A DNA stretch of 64,000 bases from the NCBI RefSeq assembly GCF_036321535.1, contig NC_087436.1:50284001-50348000 (forward strand). Reading direction: 5' to 3'. Source of the stretch: Camelus dromedarius. Taxonomy: Eukaryota. The notes beneath the pieces are model-generated. The model searched no databases, had not been told where the DNA came from, and saw nothing but the letters and a program-made list of their open reading frames with translations. A program made the position numbers and the translations under genes. This document shows positions 52,038 through 64,000 of this stretch, piece after piece. The first letter of the stretch is position 1. Every line of letters starts with the position of its first letter.

Positions 52038-55000
52038 TAAATTGTGGCACATCAGAGAAGGAAAACACCTAATTATGGCAATTTAATATAGTAAGCTTTG
52101 ATGCTTTACTCCTACTTCTCTTTTTTCATTGTTTTATTTCTTTTTATCAAAATTTTATTTTACTTTCCTTTTGTCTTCTATAAGCCACTGTCCATGTATA
52201 ATATCAGTTTGTGATAGAACAGTCTCTTCCTTACAGAAAGACTTTTTATTACCTTTTGCAGAGTATTCTTAATTACTCCACCATAAACTTCTGAAATTTC
52301 CCTTTGGGAGTCCCAGTTGATTGCTCTCTGTAGCTCTAGTCATCTTTTTCCTTTATTGAACAGAATGCCTTTGATGTACTATATAATCTTTCAGAAGTTT
52401 CATTTATCCCAGGAATGACACATTAAACAAGAAAACCTATCAAAATTATTATAGTGATGTTTTACTAGGATTATTTTTTTCATTAAGTTTTTTTCTGTCT
52501 ACCACTATGTGACTCAATGAGTGAGATTTTTTTTTTTATAAATGTGTGCAGTTAAAAAAGAATCTTAGAGTCATCTATTCTATCTTCCTCTCTCCAGTTG
52601 GTGAGTATCTAGTACAAATCAGGGAGGTTTTTCCAAGGATAAGCAAATCGTACTGATTATGCCACTTACTATTTATTCCACTTGTGATTCATTTATTTAT
52701 GTAGAACTACAATCAGCTACATGGACACTTCCCTTAAAAAACACTTGGCATTTTTAATCTTTCCATTTATTTGCTGCCATAGTCTTTCAATGGTATGAGT
52801 AGTTATATGCACAGGATAAAACAATGTTGAGCCACCGTAAATTCAGATGGAGTAACCATTTCATCTCTTCTGCATGGTCTAGACATTGCTTAAAAAAACA
52901 CTCAACAATTTAAAAACCACTTACCTACAGACACTCACTTAACAATGATAAATAAGGTTTTAAGACTAGATCAATCTAATGTAGAAAATGGATTCTATCT
53001 TAACACTAGTATGTTTTTCCTTTGTTACTGACAAACAAAGCATGTTTGGTTAATATTTTATCATGATGTCTAGTATTTGAAAACAATTTTTTCACATCAG
53101 TTTAGTCATTTCAGCCTATAATATACATAATTTCATTATATTTCTGTATGGAAAAAAACCTTAAAAATGAAGTACACAAACAACCAAACTATCACATTAC
53201 AAAATTAAAAAAAGAATCTGAGAACTACCAGAACTTCAATAACATGGTCATCTTGTATAAAAAGTTTCTCCTTATAATTTCAACCCTCACTTTCTAACAT
53301 CTTGCTCATATTGCATCCTTTTTTAGAGAAACATTTTCTACCAGCTATGTTCTAGGCATAATCATATTAAATAACTGATGTGATGTATTATATTTCAGAA
53401 GAATTTGTCTTAATCTTTCCCACTTAGTCTCTTGTCTTTTATTTCTTTCCTGCTGGTTTAAGCATCTTTTTAAAAAACATTTTCCCCTGTTCAATTCTAG
53501 ACAAATTAAGTTCAGAAATTATAGATTATAGATCCTTTTCCTTCATATACATGTAACATTTTTCTAGGAAAAAGTGAAAATTTAATGAGTTCTCCTTTGA
53601 GTTGAGTCCCAGAAGAAACAAAAGCAAAAGGAACTGTTTTTATATTTGCCCCCACATAACAGATGAGAGTAAGGCATAAATATTCCTTTTTACTTCATTA
53701 CTGTATAATTTCAAAGTACAAATATCAATTCAAACTGAGAGTGTGACTCTTCTAGAAACTTTCAAAAATTAAGACATTAAGTCCATATTTCTTTTTCTCA
53801 GATTGTGTTCTGGGCATAAAATGACACATGTGCATGGACTTTCACAATAAATCACCTTGTCCTTGGATTTCTTTCACAGTCACTTAGTGGTACGACCATC
53901 AATATCTCAGAATTAACACCCATTCTGTCCAAAAAAAATTTAAATTTCAAAATATAAATAGCTCTTCTCAAATTTCTTTTTAAATTTGAATTAAAATATT
54001 GTCTGCTATGATTTGGAATACAGTTATTTCTAGTAATCATGCTATTTTCATATTTTAGTATGACTACCTATATCAAAGATATGAATCGTACCCTGGATGG
54101 GCCATTTAATTATATGCTGTCTCCTAGAGAATACATCATTGATTTTACAGATCGTACTTGAGAGATAAGAGAGTATCGGTTATAGGAGTACAAATTCATC
54201 ACGACTGTTGGGAAAAAACAACTCCGTAAACAACTATGAGACAGCCTAATACTAATAAAAGAATAGTGGTTGTTGATTGAGCTCTCATATACACATGAAC
54301 AAGAATAAAGAAAAGCTTAAGAAATTTTAGTCAAATCACTGAGAAGATCTTTGCAACTACTGAGAAACATTGATTCCATTTTTCTTTCTCCCACAATCTT
54401 TAGGAACTGTGCTCAGTTTCAAGCCTCGTAGATTAAATTCTCTGAAGAACAGCCAGTAGAAATAAATTATATGTCTAAGTTATATAGAACCTAGCAATGT
54501 CTAAAAATTAAACTAATATGAAACTTTTAGATAATTTAGGATTAATAACCCCCACTTGCCCTTGACATTTGTGCTGCCTAAGTACATACATAGTTTGAAA
54601 ATAATACCAGTGGTTCTATCCAGTAACAGGTAAAAAGACAAAATATTAGCCTTGAGAAAAAAGTTAATACTTCTAGAACTATTTCCTCACCATTAAAATT
54701 GGAGTATTGAACCTGAAAATCAGTATTAAAATTCTATGGCTGCATGAAGCTTCTTAAACCCTAGGAGACAATCTGTAGGATTGTCTAACATTTGATTCAC
54801 ATAATATAGAACTAGGTTTTCCGAAAGAGTTAGCAAGCACGTTAATATACTCTTTCTTACATAATGTATTTTACAATTTTAAAGGACAAAGTATGCCTCA
54901 TAACTCAACCAAATGTATCCTTAATTTATAGTTTTCTGAGTTTTAAGATCCTGTATGATATGTACCCATTGACTTTAAATTTGTCTGTTAAGTGTGTATA

Positions 55001-55850
55001 TTGAAATAATAATATCTCTTTAACTTACAGATTCCTGCACTTTAAATAACAGTATCTTCAGATAGTAGCAAAATATAAAATATTAATATCACACAATCCC
55101 CAAAGCCTTGGCTAAGGTTGGTTCTATTGTTTCTGGTGGTAATTGGTTAATATTCTTGCCAAAGCTCACCTTTAGGAAATATATACTATTCAGTACATTG
55201 CTATAAAATTAAAATTGAAAATTAAAATTATAACATTTTTATAAACTTTTAGGAAGGAATGCTTTTCTAACATTATCCTATTTGCTGAGCTTATTGTATT
55301 AATGTTTACATTCCAGTGTGAGAATAATTTAGTGTCTAGAAAAACAAAGTGATCTTTGTCTATTTTGTTCTACTTATTGGTAGATATAGTCATAGATTTT
55401 GGCTACCTATTGAAATCTTGGCTAAAGTACTATAAATGAAAATTATTATTAAAGCTATCTATTAAAGCCATACCAATTACTCAACAAAATTTAAAAACTT
55501 ATCTCTTTATTTAATATATGTTGGCATATGAAAAGCCAAATTTTAAATATCTAGTGCTCAACTCACAAGCTGATTTAAAATACATTTGTAGCTTAAAAAA
55601 ATCTATTTTAGAATGATAGATTTGATCAGCACCTTAAATTTCATTAATCCCTTATCTTACTGCTATTCTTTATGGTAGCACATTAAAATCTTGCCACAGT
55701 TGAGAAACTGGCAAAAAGCTTCCATGGTGTATGTGGTTCTTTGTCTTTTTTTTACTTTTAAAAAGAAACACCCAGAAAGATGCATCAGATTTGTGTAAAT
55801 GAGGGTATGCCAAGACAGATTTGCTTTATGATCTTAAGAAAATTTGTGAC

Positions 55851-55940
55851 TGTATATATGTATTATATTATAAATGTGTGTATATATATTATATATATGT
55901 GTGTGTATAATATTATATATGATATTATATATAATACACA
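55851..55940. repeat. TA-rich low-complexity repeat
   Basis: Degenerate (TA)n/(TG)n run. Confidence 0.8.
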
Positions 55941-57764
55941 TCTCAAATCAGCAACAGGACTTTGTTTATATTGCAGATAAATATTATTTTTTCTTTAAAA
56001 AATTTTGATTAAAATCAAATGCAGTTTAAAATGAATGCAGAACTAATTTCAAGACATTTGTATTTGACTCTTATTCTATTTCTTTTAATTAGTCAAGAAT
56101 TTGTATTTATGACAGCTGTAGATTTTATCAAGATTTACAGTTAAAATAATTTACATTAAGGATAAAATCAGTATCCAAGTGGCGTAAAGTTGCTTGTTTT
56201 TTCTCTGCATTTAGTTAACAAGAAATGTAAATGGAAAATTTCCTATGGTGATATTTAACTGAAGTTAAAACAAAGCTCAACCATAGAAGGGAAAAAAAGA
56301 GTTATTTTCAACTTTTTCAGATTTAGCCTATAAACCTCTTACTCTTGGAGAATATCCATTAAAGATGAATCAAGAATTTGATACTACATTTCCTTTTCTG
56401 TGTTTTAGTAGTTATATAACATTTTGTAATATTAATTTGAACTTTTTCTTGTTGTCTTCCTTTAGCTAACCAGCTTAAACAAATAAAGTCACATAATATG
56501 TATATATTTTTCTAAAAGAGCACTTATTGTTCAGTATCAGCAGTGGTAAATGTTCACGTTAATTGAGAATCTGCTGAAATGCTAGCTTTGTGAATAAACT
56601 AGAATTTTTCTGTCTGACTCTCCCCATAACCAATTTCTTTATGTACTTTGCTTACTTTGTTGCAATAAAAAATACTTGGTATTATCCATATGACTTAGAC
56701 TTCAAACAGTAATACATTATGTAGATGTACAAACTTGTGTATACTGCAATGTGATTTACCTTTGTGTCCTTCCCTCATTTCTACACCTCCATGACACATT
56801 TCTAGTTATTTCCATGCATATTCTGTCATATTATTATTAATTATAAAACCATATATTCCTTTAAAAATATTTCCATATTTTAAAAATATATATCTTGTGT
56901 ATTCTGCTTTCTTTTAAAAATCTATATTATCATCCAGGTATAAAACCCACATTTCAATGGTAGATTTTCTAGGGAAATGAAAGTCAAGAACCATAAAATT
57001 ATCTTTTTAAGTTTCTGTCATGTATAAGACAGTAACTCCCCAATAAATAAAAATTAATATTGTAAGCACTTTTATACAGAAGTTCATGATTGTTTATCAA
57101 GTGTTTTTCACTCAAATATTTTGATAAAAGTTTGTATTTTGGTTGATGAATCAATGAACACCATTAGAATGTATCTGCTTTTTATACTTCTGAAATTATA
57201 TAAAATTTTAATTCTTCAGGATATGATGAAAATTTAGCCAACTATTTTAAAACCCTATTATCTTAAAGGAAAATAACCAAAATCAAAACAAAGTTTAAAA
57301 AAAACCTTAAATTTATGACAGATATTGAAACAGTGAAGTGTAAAGAAAACTAATAGCTGTTTGTTCCCTCTAACGTCTACCCCAACAGAGATACAAGCTG
57401 TAATCAAGAATGCCTCCTACACTTCAGCTTTGCAGTGATCACAAACGCCACTTGCTTTGATTAAATCTTCTCCCTGCTCTTTATGGGTGACTAATGGATA
57501 GAAATTATTTTGAAAAGTCTAAAAAAGTCTCTGCGTGTTCCTTTTTGGTTTCCTACTAGTACTTGAGAAGTAGAAATGTTTATTCCTTGAAAAAAAAGTA
57601 AGAAAAGATAGCACTTTAAGAAGAATATCTGCAGCCCTTGAATGCTTGGCAATCACTTGAAAAGATTCTTCTATGGTTACCCATTAATATTTCTCATGCT
57701 GCAGTTACAGGTGCAGGCAAGATTGCAGCCATGTTTACGCATCATGGATTTCTCTTAGCATATG

Positions 57765-58465
57765 AAATCAGTAACACATGCTATAACATCAACATACAGA
57801 AATCTGTCGTGTTTCTATACACTAATAGTAAACTATCATTAAGAGAAATTAAGAAAACAATACCATTTACAATTCAGTCAAAAAGAATAAATTATCTATG
57901 AAGAAACTTAACCAACACTGAAAACTGTAAGGCAGTGATGAAAGAAATTGAAGAAGACATAAATAACTGGAAAGATATTTTGTGCTCACGGATTGGAGGA
58001 ATTAATATTGTTAAAATGTCATTATTACATAAAGCAATCTATAGATTCAATACAATTCTTATCAAAATTCTAATAGCATTTTTCAGAGTATAACAAATAA
58101 TTCTGAAATTTGTATAGAACCACACACACACACACACAACACACACACACACACACACACAAACCACAACCCTGAATAGCCAAATCACTCTTGAGAAAGA
58201 AAAACAAAGCTGAAGGCACCATGCTTCCTGATTTCAAACTACATTCTGAAGCTATAATAATTAAACCATGCAGTATTGGCTTAAAGATAAACACATTGAT
58301 CAATGGAACACAATAGAGAGCCCAGAAATAAACTCACACATATATGGTCAACTAACTTACAACAAAGGAGCCAAGAATACACAATGGAGAAAGGATTGTA
58401 TAAATGGTGTTGGGAAATCTGGAGAGCCACATGCAAAAAGAATGATCCTGAACTACTATCTTAAA
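57765..58465 (+). mobile_element. Internal L1 ORF2 fragment, degenerate, with (CA)n at ~58120-58160
   Basis: YNINIQKSVVFLYTNS...EIKKTIPFTI and YWLKDKHIDQWNTIESPEINSHIYGQL. Homologous to 13975-14600. Confidence 0.9.
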
Positions 58466-59094
58466 ATTCTCAATACTTCTGAACATACTCTTGCATGTGA
58501 GAAAAGTATCAATTATTGTCAATTTTATAAGATCACTCTTTATATGGATAGATTAGGTTGAATCAAAATCTTCTTGTGGTTTCAGAATGTGTTTGTTTTA
58601 GATCTAGCTTAAGTTTATTTAGGTAAATTGTGGAATGAGACCCCAGTTTTATTTTTTAGATAATTTCCTGTTGTATCTACTGCCGTTTTTTGAGTAACCC
58701 ATTTTTCAACATTAACTTCAAATGTTACAATTATCATAGTCTAAATTCTCCGATGTGTTCAAAGCTCTGTTGGCTTTCTACCCTGTTTTATCTGGTTGTT
58801 CATGCATTATCATCTCACTGGTTAAACTAATGAAGCTTTATAACATAGTTTAATATCTAAAAGGGCAACTCTCCACTCTTTTTATTCTTTTTTTTTCCCA
58901 AAATTTTCTTAGCCATTCTTGCTTATTTTTACATAAAAATCATTTTGCTTACTTAAAAATGATTTTTGTTTGTGGAATTAGATTATATTTTTTAACTTTG
59001 AGAGAATTAGACACTAAACATTCAGAAAAGGAAATATCGAATGGTTTGATGAACAGATAAACGAATGACATTTTTGTTACTCTTAGACAAGTGA

Positions 59095-59335
59095 ATGTAA
59101 TCACTAGAAACAAAGACTCTTAGTGTGCCAAGTTCAAATGCTGACTCTGGCAAATATATTGGGTAATATAACCTATCTTAGCCTCAGAGAGGTTACAATC
59201 CCTGTAAGATGAAATGAAAATGATAATAATGCATACTCATGTGGTTGTATAGGGATTAAATGAGGCAATAAATGTTGAGTACTTCAAAAGGTGCCTGGCA
59301 TATAGAACTGCTCTCAGTAAATGGCACCTGTTACT
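59095..59335 (+). mobile_element. MIR
   Basis: gtggttgtatagggattaaatgag...gtgcctggcatatag...ctcagtaaatggcacctgtta. Confidence 0.75.
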
Positions 59336-60194
59336 TTAGGCACGTTACTGTGAATATACACGCCAGCACTATGGCACTCAGAAAGCATCAGGTGGTAGAA
59401 AAATACAGAGGTAGAAAACTGGCCTGTAACACTGGCCTTTTATCTTTTAGACATAATGTTGACCTACCTTTTATAGTGATTCATAGTTTGTAAATAACTT
59501 CTACATAAATACTAATTCTCACAATATCTAGGTGAATTTTTCTTGTTTTATAGAAAAATGAAACTGAATCTCAAACTTTTAACATTAGTTAAGTAGCAGA
59601 ACTTGGACTTGAATCCTGGATGAAGGTTTTTAGAGTTGTGTTCTTTTAGAGAACTAGCTCAAAGGACCAAGTTTTAGAATGGTACTTCATGTTTAAGTCT
59701 TTTTTGAATTACACAAAGTGCATTCTCATACACTAACTGTACCAATCTTCACAATACCCCCTGAAGGTAGGGCTGCTGGAAATTATCTTCTTTCATTTTA
59801 ACAAATCAGAAAACTGAAGCTCTGAGAAGGTGAAAAGTACCCAAATTCATACTACTGGTAATATTTCAAGTGGAGTCCATTCAGTCCTGTGGAATGCAAG
59901 ATGACCCATTGTTCCTTCCATTAAACGGAACTGCAAAGAACCGGCAGCTACCCTAGGCCAATCTTCTGCCCATTTTCTCATTTATAAAATACTGAAGTCT
60001 TATTTCTTTTCTTGAAATCTTTTTGGATGAGGGCTAATCAAGATAATGTATGTATTAAAGTGTCTGGTACCTAATGCTCATGAATATGCGATTCCAACCT
60101 GCACTTACATTCATCTATTCATGAGACCAAAATAAACCTAACTATTATCACTAATAAAAGGAATAATGCTTGTGATAGCTCTATAAAAGCATCT

Positions 60195-60420
60195 AGCACT
60201 TATTATGCTTGTTATGTGCCAGAGACTTGATGTATGTGCTTTAAATAGATTAACCAATTGAATTCTGACTACTGCAGAAGGGAGGCACTATTGTTATTTT
60301 CATTTGACAGATGAAGAAACAGTCATTAGATGAGTTAAGTAACTGCCTAGTCTATGGAATGATAGAGTCAGGATTTGAACCCAGAAAGTCTTGATTCTAG
60401 AGAATGTGTTCTTCACTTCC
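60195..60420 (-). mobile_element. MIR
   Basis: tatgtgccagagact...catttgacagatgaagaaac...gttaagtaactgcc...agagtcaggatttgaaccca. Confidence 0.8.
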
Positions 60421-61919
60421 CTATTAGACTGATCATTTCTATACTTTGCTTAAAGGGGGTGGGGCTAAATAAGACAAAGTAATTATTTTCTTATTTTTCT
60501 ATTTGTTTAATTACCAGTAGTACAACTGAATAATATTATTGTATTATTTATTGACATATTCTGAGTTAAAAGCTTTTGTAGATCAAACTAACCAAAATAT
60601 ATGACATTGTCTTTAAGGAAAAGTTATTTCCCAGTACCAACAGTCAACTTAAAATTTATTTCCAGTGGCAGTAATCAGCTTAAAAATTAATTCTTAGAAA
60701 ACAATTTATCAGTAAACTGGGACTACATGCAGTAACGAAAATGAGAAGGCATCTATTTTAGATATGCAAAAATGTACACTAAAATATGTTTTTGATAGTT
60801 AAAAACTGTAAATCAGCTCAATATATAGCTAAAGCTCCTTTTAATGTATATTGAATAAAAGCAATACACAATCCCCCCTAACAAATTCTCCTTAGTTAAT
60901 ATAACACCCTAAAGCATCCTGATAGTGATGGTTTTGCTGCAACTAAAGCAATTCTACCATAAATACATTGCCACTGGCAAATATCAGTAGACAAATATAA
61001 ATGTAATTGTTTCTTATATTTGGAGAAAATCTAGGTTTGTAAAGTCAAATGAGCATGATGTTTTATATGTGCCTAAGACAGAAAGAAAACTAGGAAGAAG
61101 AGTGATAGATATGATGACACAAAACAAAAGAGATGCAAAGTTTTGTAATTCAGTGGAAAGAGAACTGGGACTCAGGACAGATGAATGCCAGACCTGGTAT
61201 TATATTTCAGCATTATTTTGTATAAATCACCACTTTTCTCTGGGCTCATTGTCTTATTTGTAAAATGAGAAGATTGAACTAGATTACCTCTGAGTTCTCT
61301 TCCAAATATAAATACCCATGATTGAGATTCATCAAATATTTATTTAAAATCTAATATGTACTAGGCATTGTGCACAAATGATTTTACTTAAACCTTACAA
61401 AATCCTATAAAAGAAGATGTATTTCAGTCAGAAATATTAGTGGCCCAGGTCATAGGAAATTTTCTAATGGGCTCTGTATAGTAGATTTTAGTTAGAGCGA
61501 AAGATTTCCCTCACAATTTTGACCCCATTCAAGTAACCAGTCACCCATATTAAACTGGTGTCTGCAAGTGATGCATTATGCAGGGTTTGGGATGGAAAGA
61601 CCAACACTTAAGGTCAGTTCAGCACAGAGTCCCCTCCACTTGAAAATAAAATTTATTCTTCTAATTTGTAAGATTTCAGTCCCTACACTTTATTCTCTCC
61701 AGTCTCAGCCACCCCTCCATCTCCTTCTTCTTCTACCCCAGCCCTATCTATTTGGAGAAAAGAACTATGTGCTTTGACATATGCTTAAGTAAGTGTTTCG
61801 TAGGAGTACTAATGGGACAGAAAACAGGGAGGAAAATCACAGGAAGCATTAATACAAATAGTATCAAATTCTACTGCACTGTAATACTGTTTATATGTAG
61901 TAGTTCTGTGTCCACTACT

Positions 61920-62020
61920 TACATGAATATGTATATATGTATAATACATATAATACATATTATACAAAGATATATATATGTATATATGCATATGAAATAT
62001 GCATAATGTATTTATACATA
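61920..62020. repeat. TA-rich low-complexity repeat
   Basis: Degenerate TATA/TACA run. Confidence 0.75.
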
Positions 62021-63539
62021 GCATACTAGATGGCAAGGCAAAGGAGCAATAATGGAGTCCAAAACTAGCTCAGAATCTATAGGGAAAAAATTTTCCAATT
62101 TTATAACCTTTCATAGAACACAGTCTATACAGTATTTTATTTAACACTAACAAGAATATTCTAGGATAGATAGGAAGGGTTTTATCTTCAGAGATACATA
62201 AGCGAAAACATTGAAGCTAGAGAAGTTAACAGTGAAATAGAAAGGGATCAGTGGGAAAACTTTCAAAATAATCATCAGTTTGGTGACTTATTAGATTTAA
62301 AGACTGAGGGAGAGGAAATGGAAAAATTCTATTTAAAGATTCAATCACTAAGAAAATTGGGACATTATTGACAAGAAATATGGAATCTGTGAGAAAATGC
62401 AGCAATCTTGGGTGAAGCAGATAAATTCATTTTAGGAGAATCCAGCAAGATGGAAATGGCCTGTATGCAGCTGGAGGTATGCTCCAGCAGAGAGAATGCT
62501 TACGTATGCTGATGAAGATAACACGCTATTACAGAACATTTCATACATCTCTAATCTATCAGCACAGGGTATTTTGTACCCTGATTAGAAATGTTCATAA
62601 GAACATTCTATCACACCCTCTGAATGACACAATAATTGTGTCACCTTCTATGAATATAGGTGAGCACAAATTCCTCTACTCACATCTCCTGTTTTTCCCT
62701 CCAAATCTCCACACCCTCAGCCACCTGAAGCCCAGGTCAGAGAAGTAGAGAAAAATTCTTTTGCCAGACCTCTCAGCTTCTCTTTATTTCATCATTTCTA
62801 CCTTTTATTCTTTCTAATTTAGTTAAAAGAAGATTTTAAACCAATGCAGAAAAATCCATTGATAACACTATAGCCTCTTTACTAGAGATTAACAGTTAAT
62901 AACAGGTTAACAAAATGTCCTTTGAAAAAGATGAGCTGCTAATTGACAGTTCACACAACTATTTTTTTGCTCTCAAAAGCAGGAGAGTGGATACCATTTG
63001 TCTTCTGTCCCTGTTTCATTTTCCATCATCATCATCCAGCTTGGGTTAATATTAATAAGTAGTATTTTAGCTTCTGACCCTTTGCCAGCAAGAGATGACT
63101 TTATAGTTGTTTATTCAGTTTAGGGATACATTGACTTTTTGATAATAGCCATTCTTACATGGGTGAGGTGAAATCTTGTTGTGGTTTTGATTTTCAAAGT
63201 GATAGACTGATTGATACTGACATTTACAGACTTACTCCAGTTTCTATTTCAAAAGATTCCATTTGTTGGAAAAATAGTCAACTTAGGGAAATCTCTGGCC
63301 AGAAAAATAGAGCAAATACAACTAACCTAAACTCTAAGATAATGAGTTCAAGAAACCACCTGGTGATTTTTTAAATGATTCAACTGAAGAAGGAAATAAT
63401 TTCATTTAAATTCATAGTCAATAAGCTACCATGGATCTTTGTTTATTTATTTAGAAACAAGTGGGCATTAAGATTATAAAATCTAGATATACTTTCCTCC
63501 AGATGTTCAATGTTTCTTTATCTGGTTAATTATTTTTCA

Positions 63540-63745
63540 TTATAAGGCATACTAAGACCATATGCCTAAGTACTGTCAGTTACATGTATTATTTAATTTA
63601 GTAGCCTCATTAACAGTCTGAGGTATTATCATACTAGCTGACTGGTGATGTAACCAAGGCTTGGAGAGTTCAACTTGCTAAAAATTATGTGTCAAGTAAG
63701 CAGAGGAATCTGACTTGGAACCCAAGCTAAAACTAAACTCAAGGA
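63540..63745 (-). mobile_element. MIR
   Basis: catatgcctaagtactg...cctcattaacagtctgaggta...ccaaggcttggagagtt...acttggaaccca. Confidence 0.65.
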
Positions 63746-64000
63746 TCTAATCCATTACCATTCTTCCTCCTTTTATAGTTAAAGTACATTGTAATGTCAA
63801 TAAAAGAGGTTAAAAAAAGAGGGGGAACAAGTCATAACACCATCATTCTAACACTTTAGCTTTTTCTATAATGTATACTCAACACATAAATTTTAAGAAG
63901 AAAAATTCCTTCTATAAACTAAATCCTTCTAATTCTATTGTCCACATAATTCACAGTACACCTCACCTCCTTCAGTTATCTATGAATGATCCATTATAAT

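Overview
Mammalian genomic DNA, AT-rich and dense in repeats. It contains the 5' part of TACR3 (neurokinin-3/NKB receptor) on the + strand: a CpG-island promoter and coding exons 1-3 (28297-28844, 49887-50075, 51854-52004; 548+189+151 nt, codons 1-296). All splice sites are GT-AG and the frame is intact. Exons 4-5 were not found and presumably lie beyond the window. The rest is intergenic or intronic sequence with L1s of several ages, L2, MIR, MLT1, ERVL/ERV1 solo LTRs, DNA transposon relics and microsatellites. The young L1 3' ends resemble camelid L1s (recognition from memory, not verified). Repeat family names and boundaries are by eye and approximate. I see no new protein-coding system. 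The most notable signals are: (1) a 35-nt 5' half of tRNA-Cys inserted without a tail between perfect 19-bp direct repeats in intron 1; (2) a twin-primed inverted L1 with a perfect 18-bp TSD about 1.4 kb upstream of the ATG; (3) a chimeric L1 with a young body and an ancient tail inside one TSD; (4) textbook splice signals within the 5' UTR; (5) a MER41-like LTR with a GAS motif.
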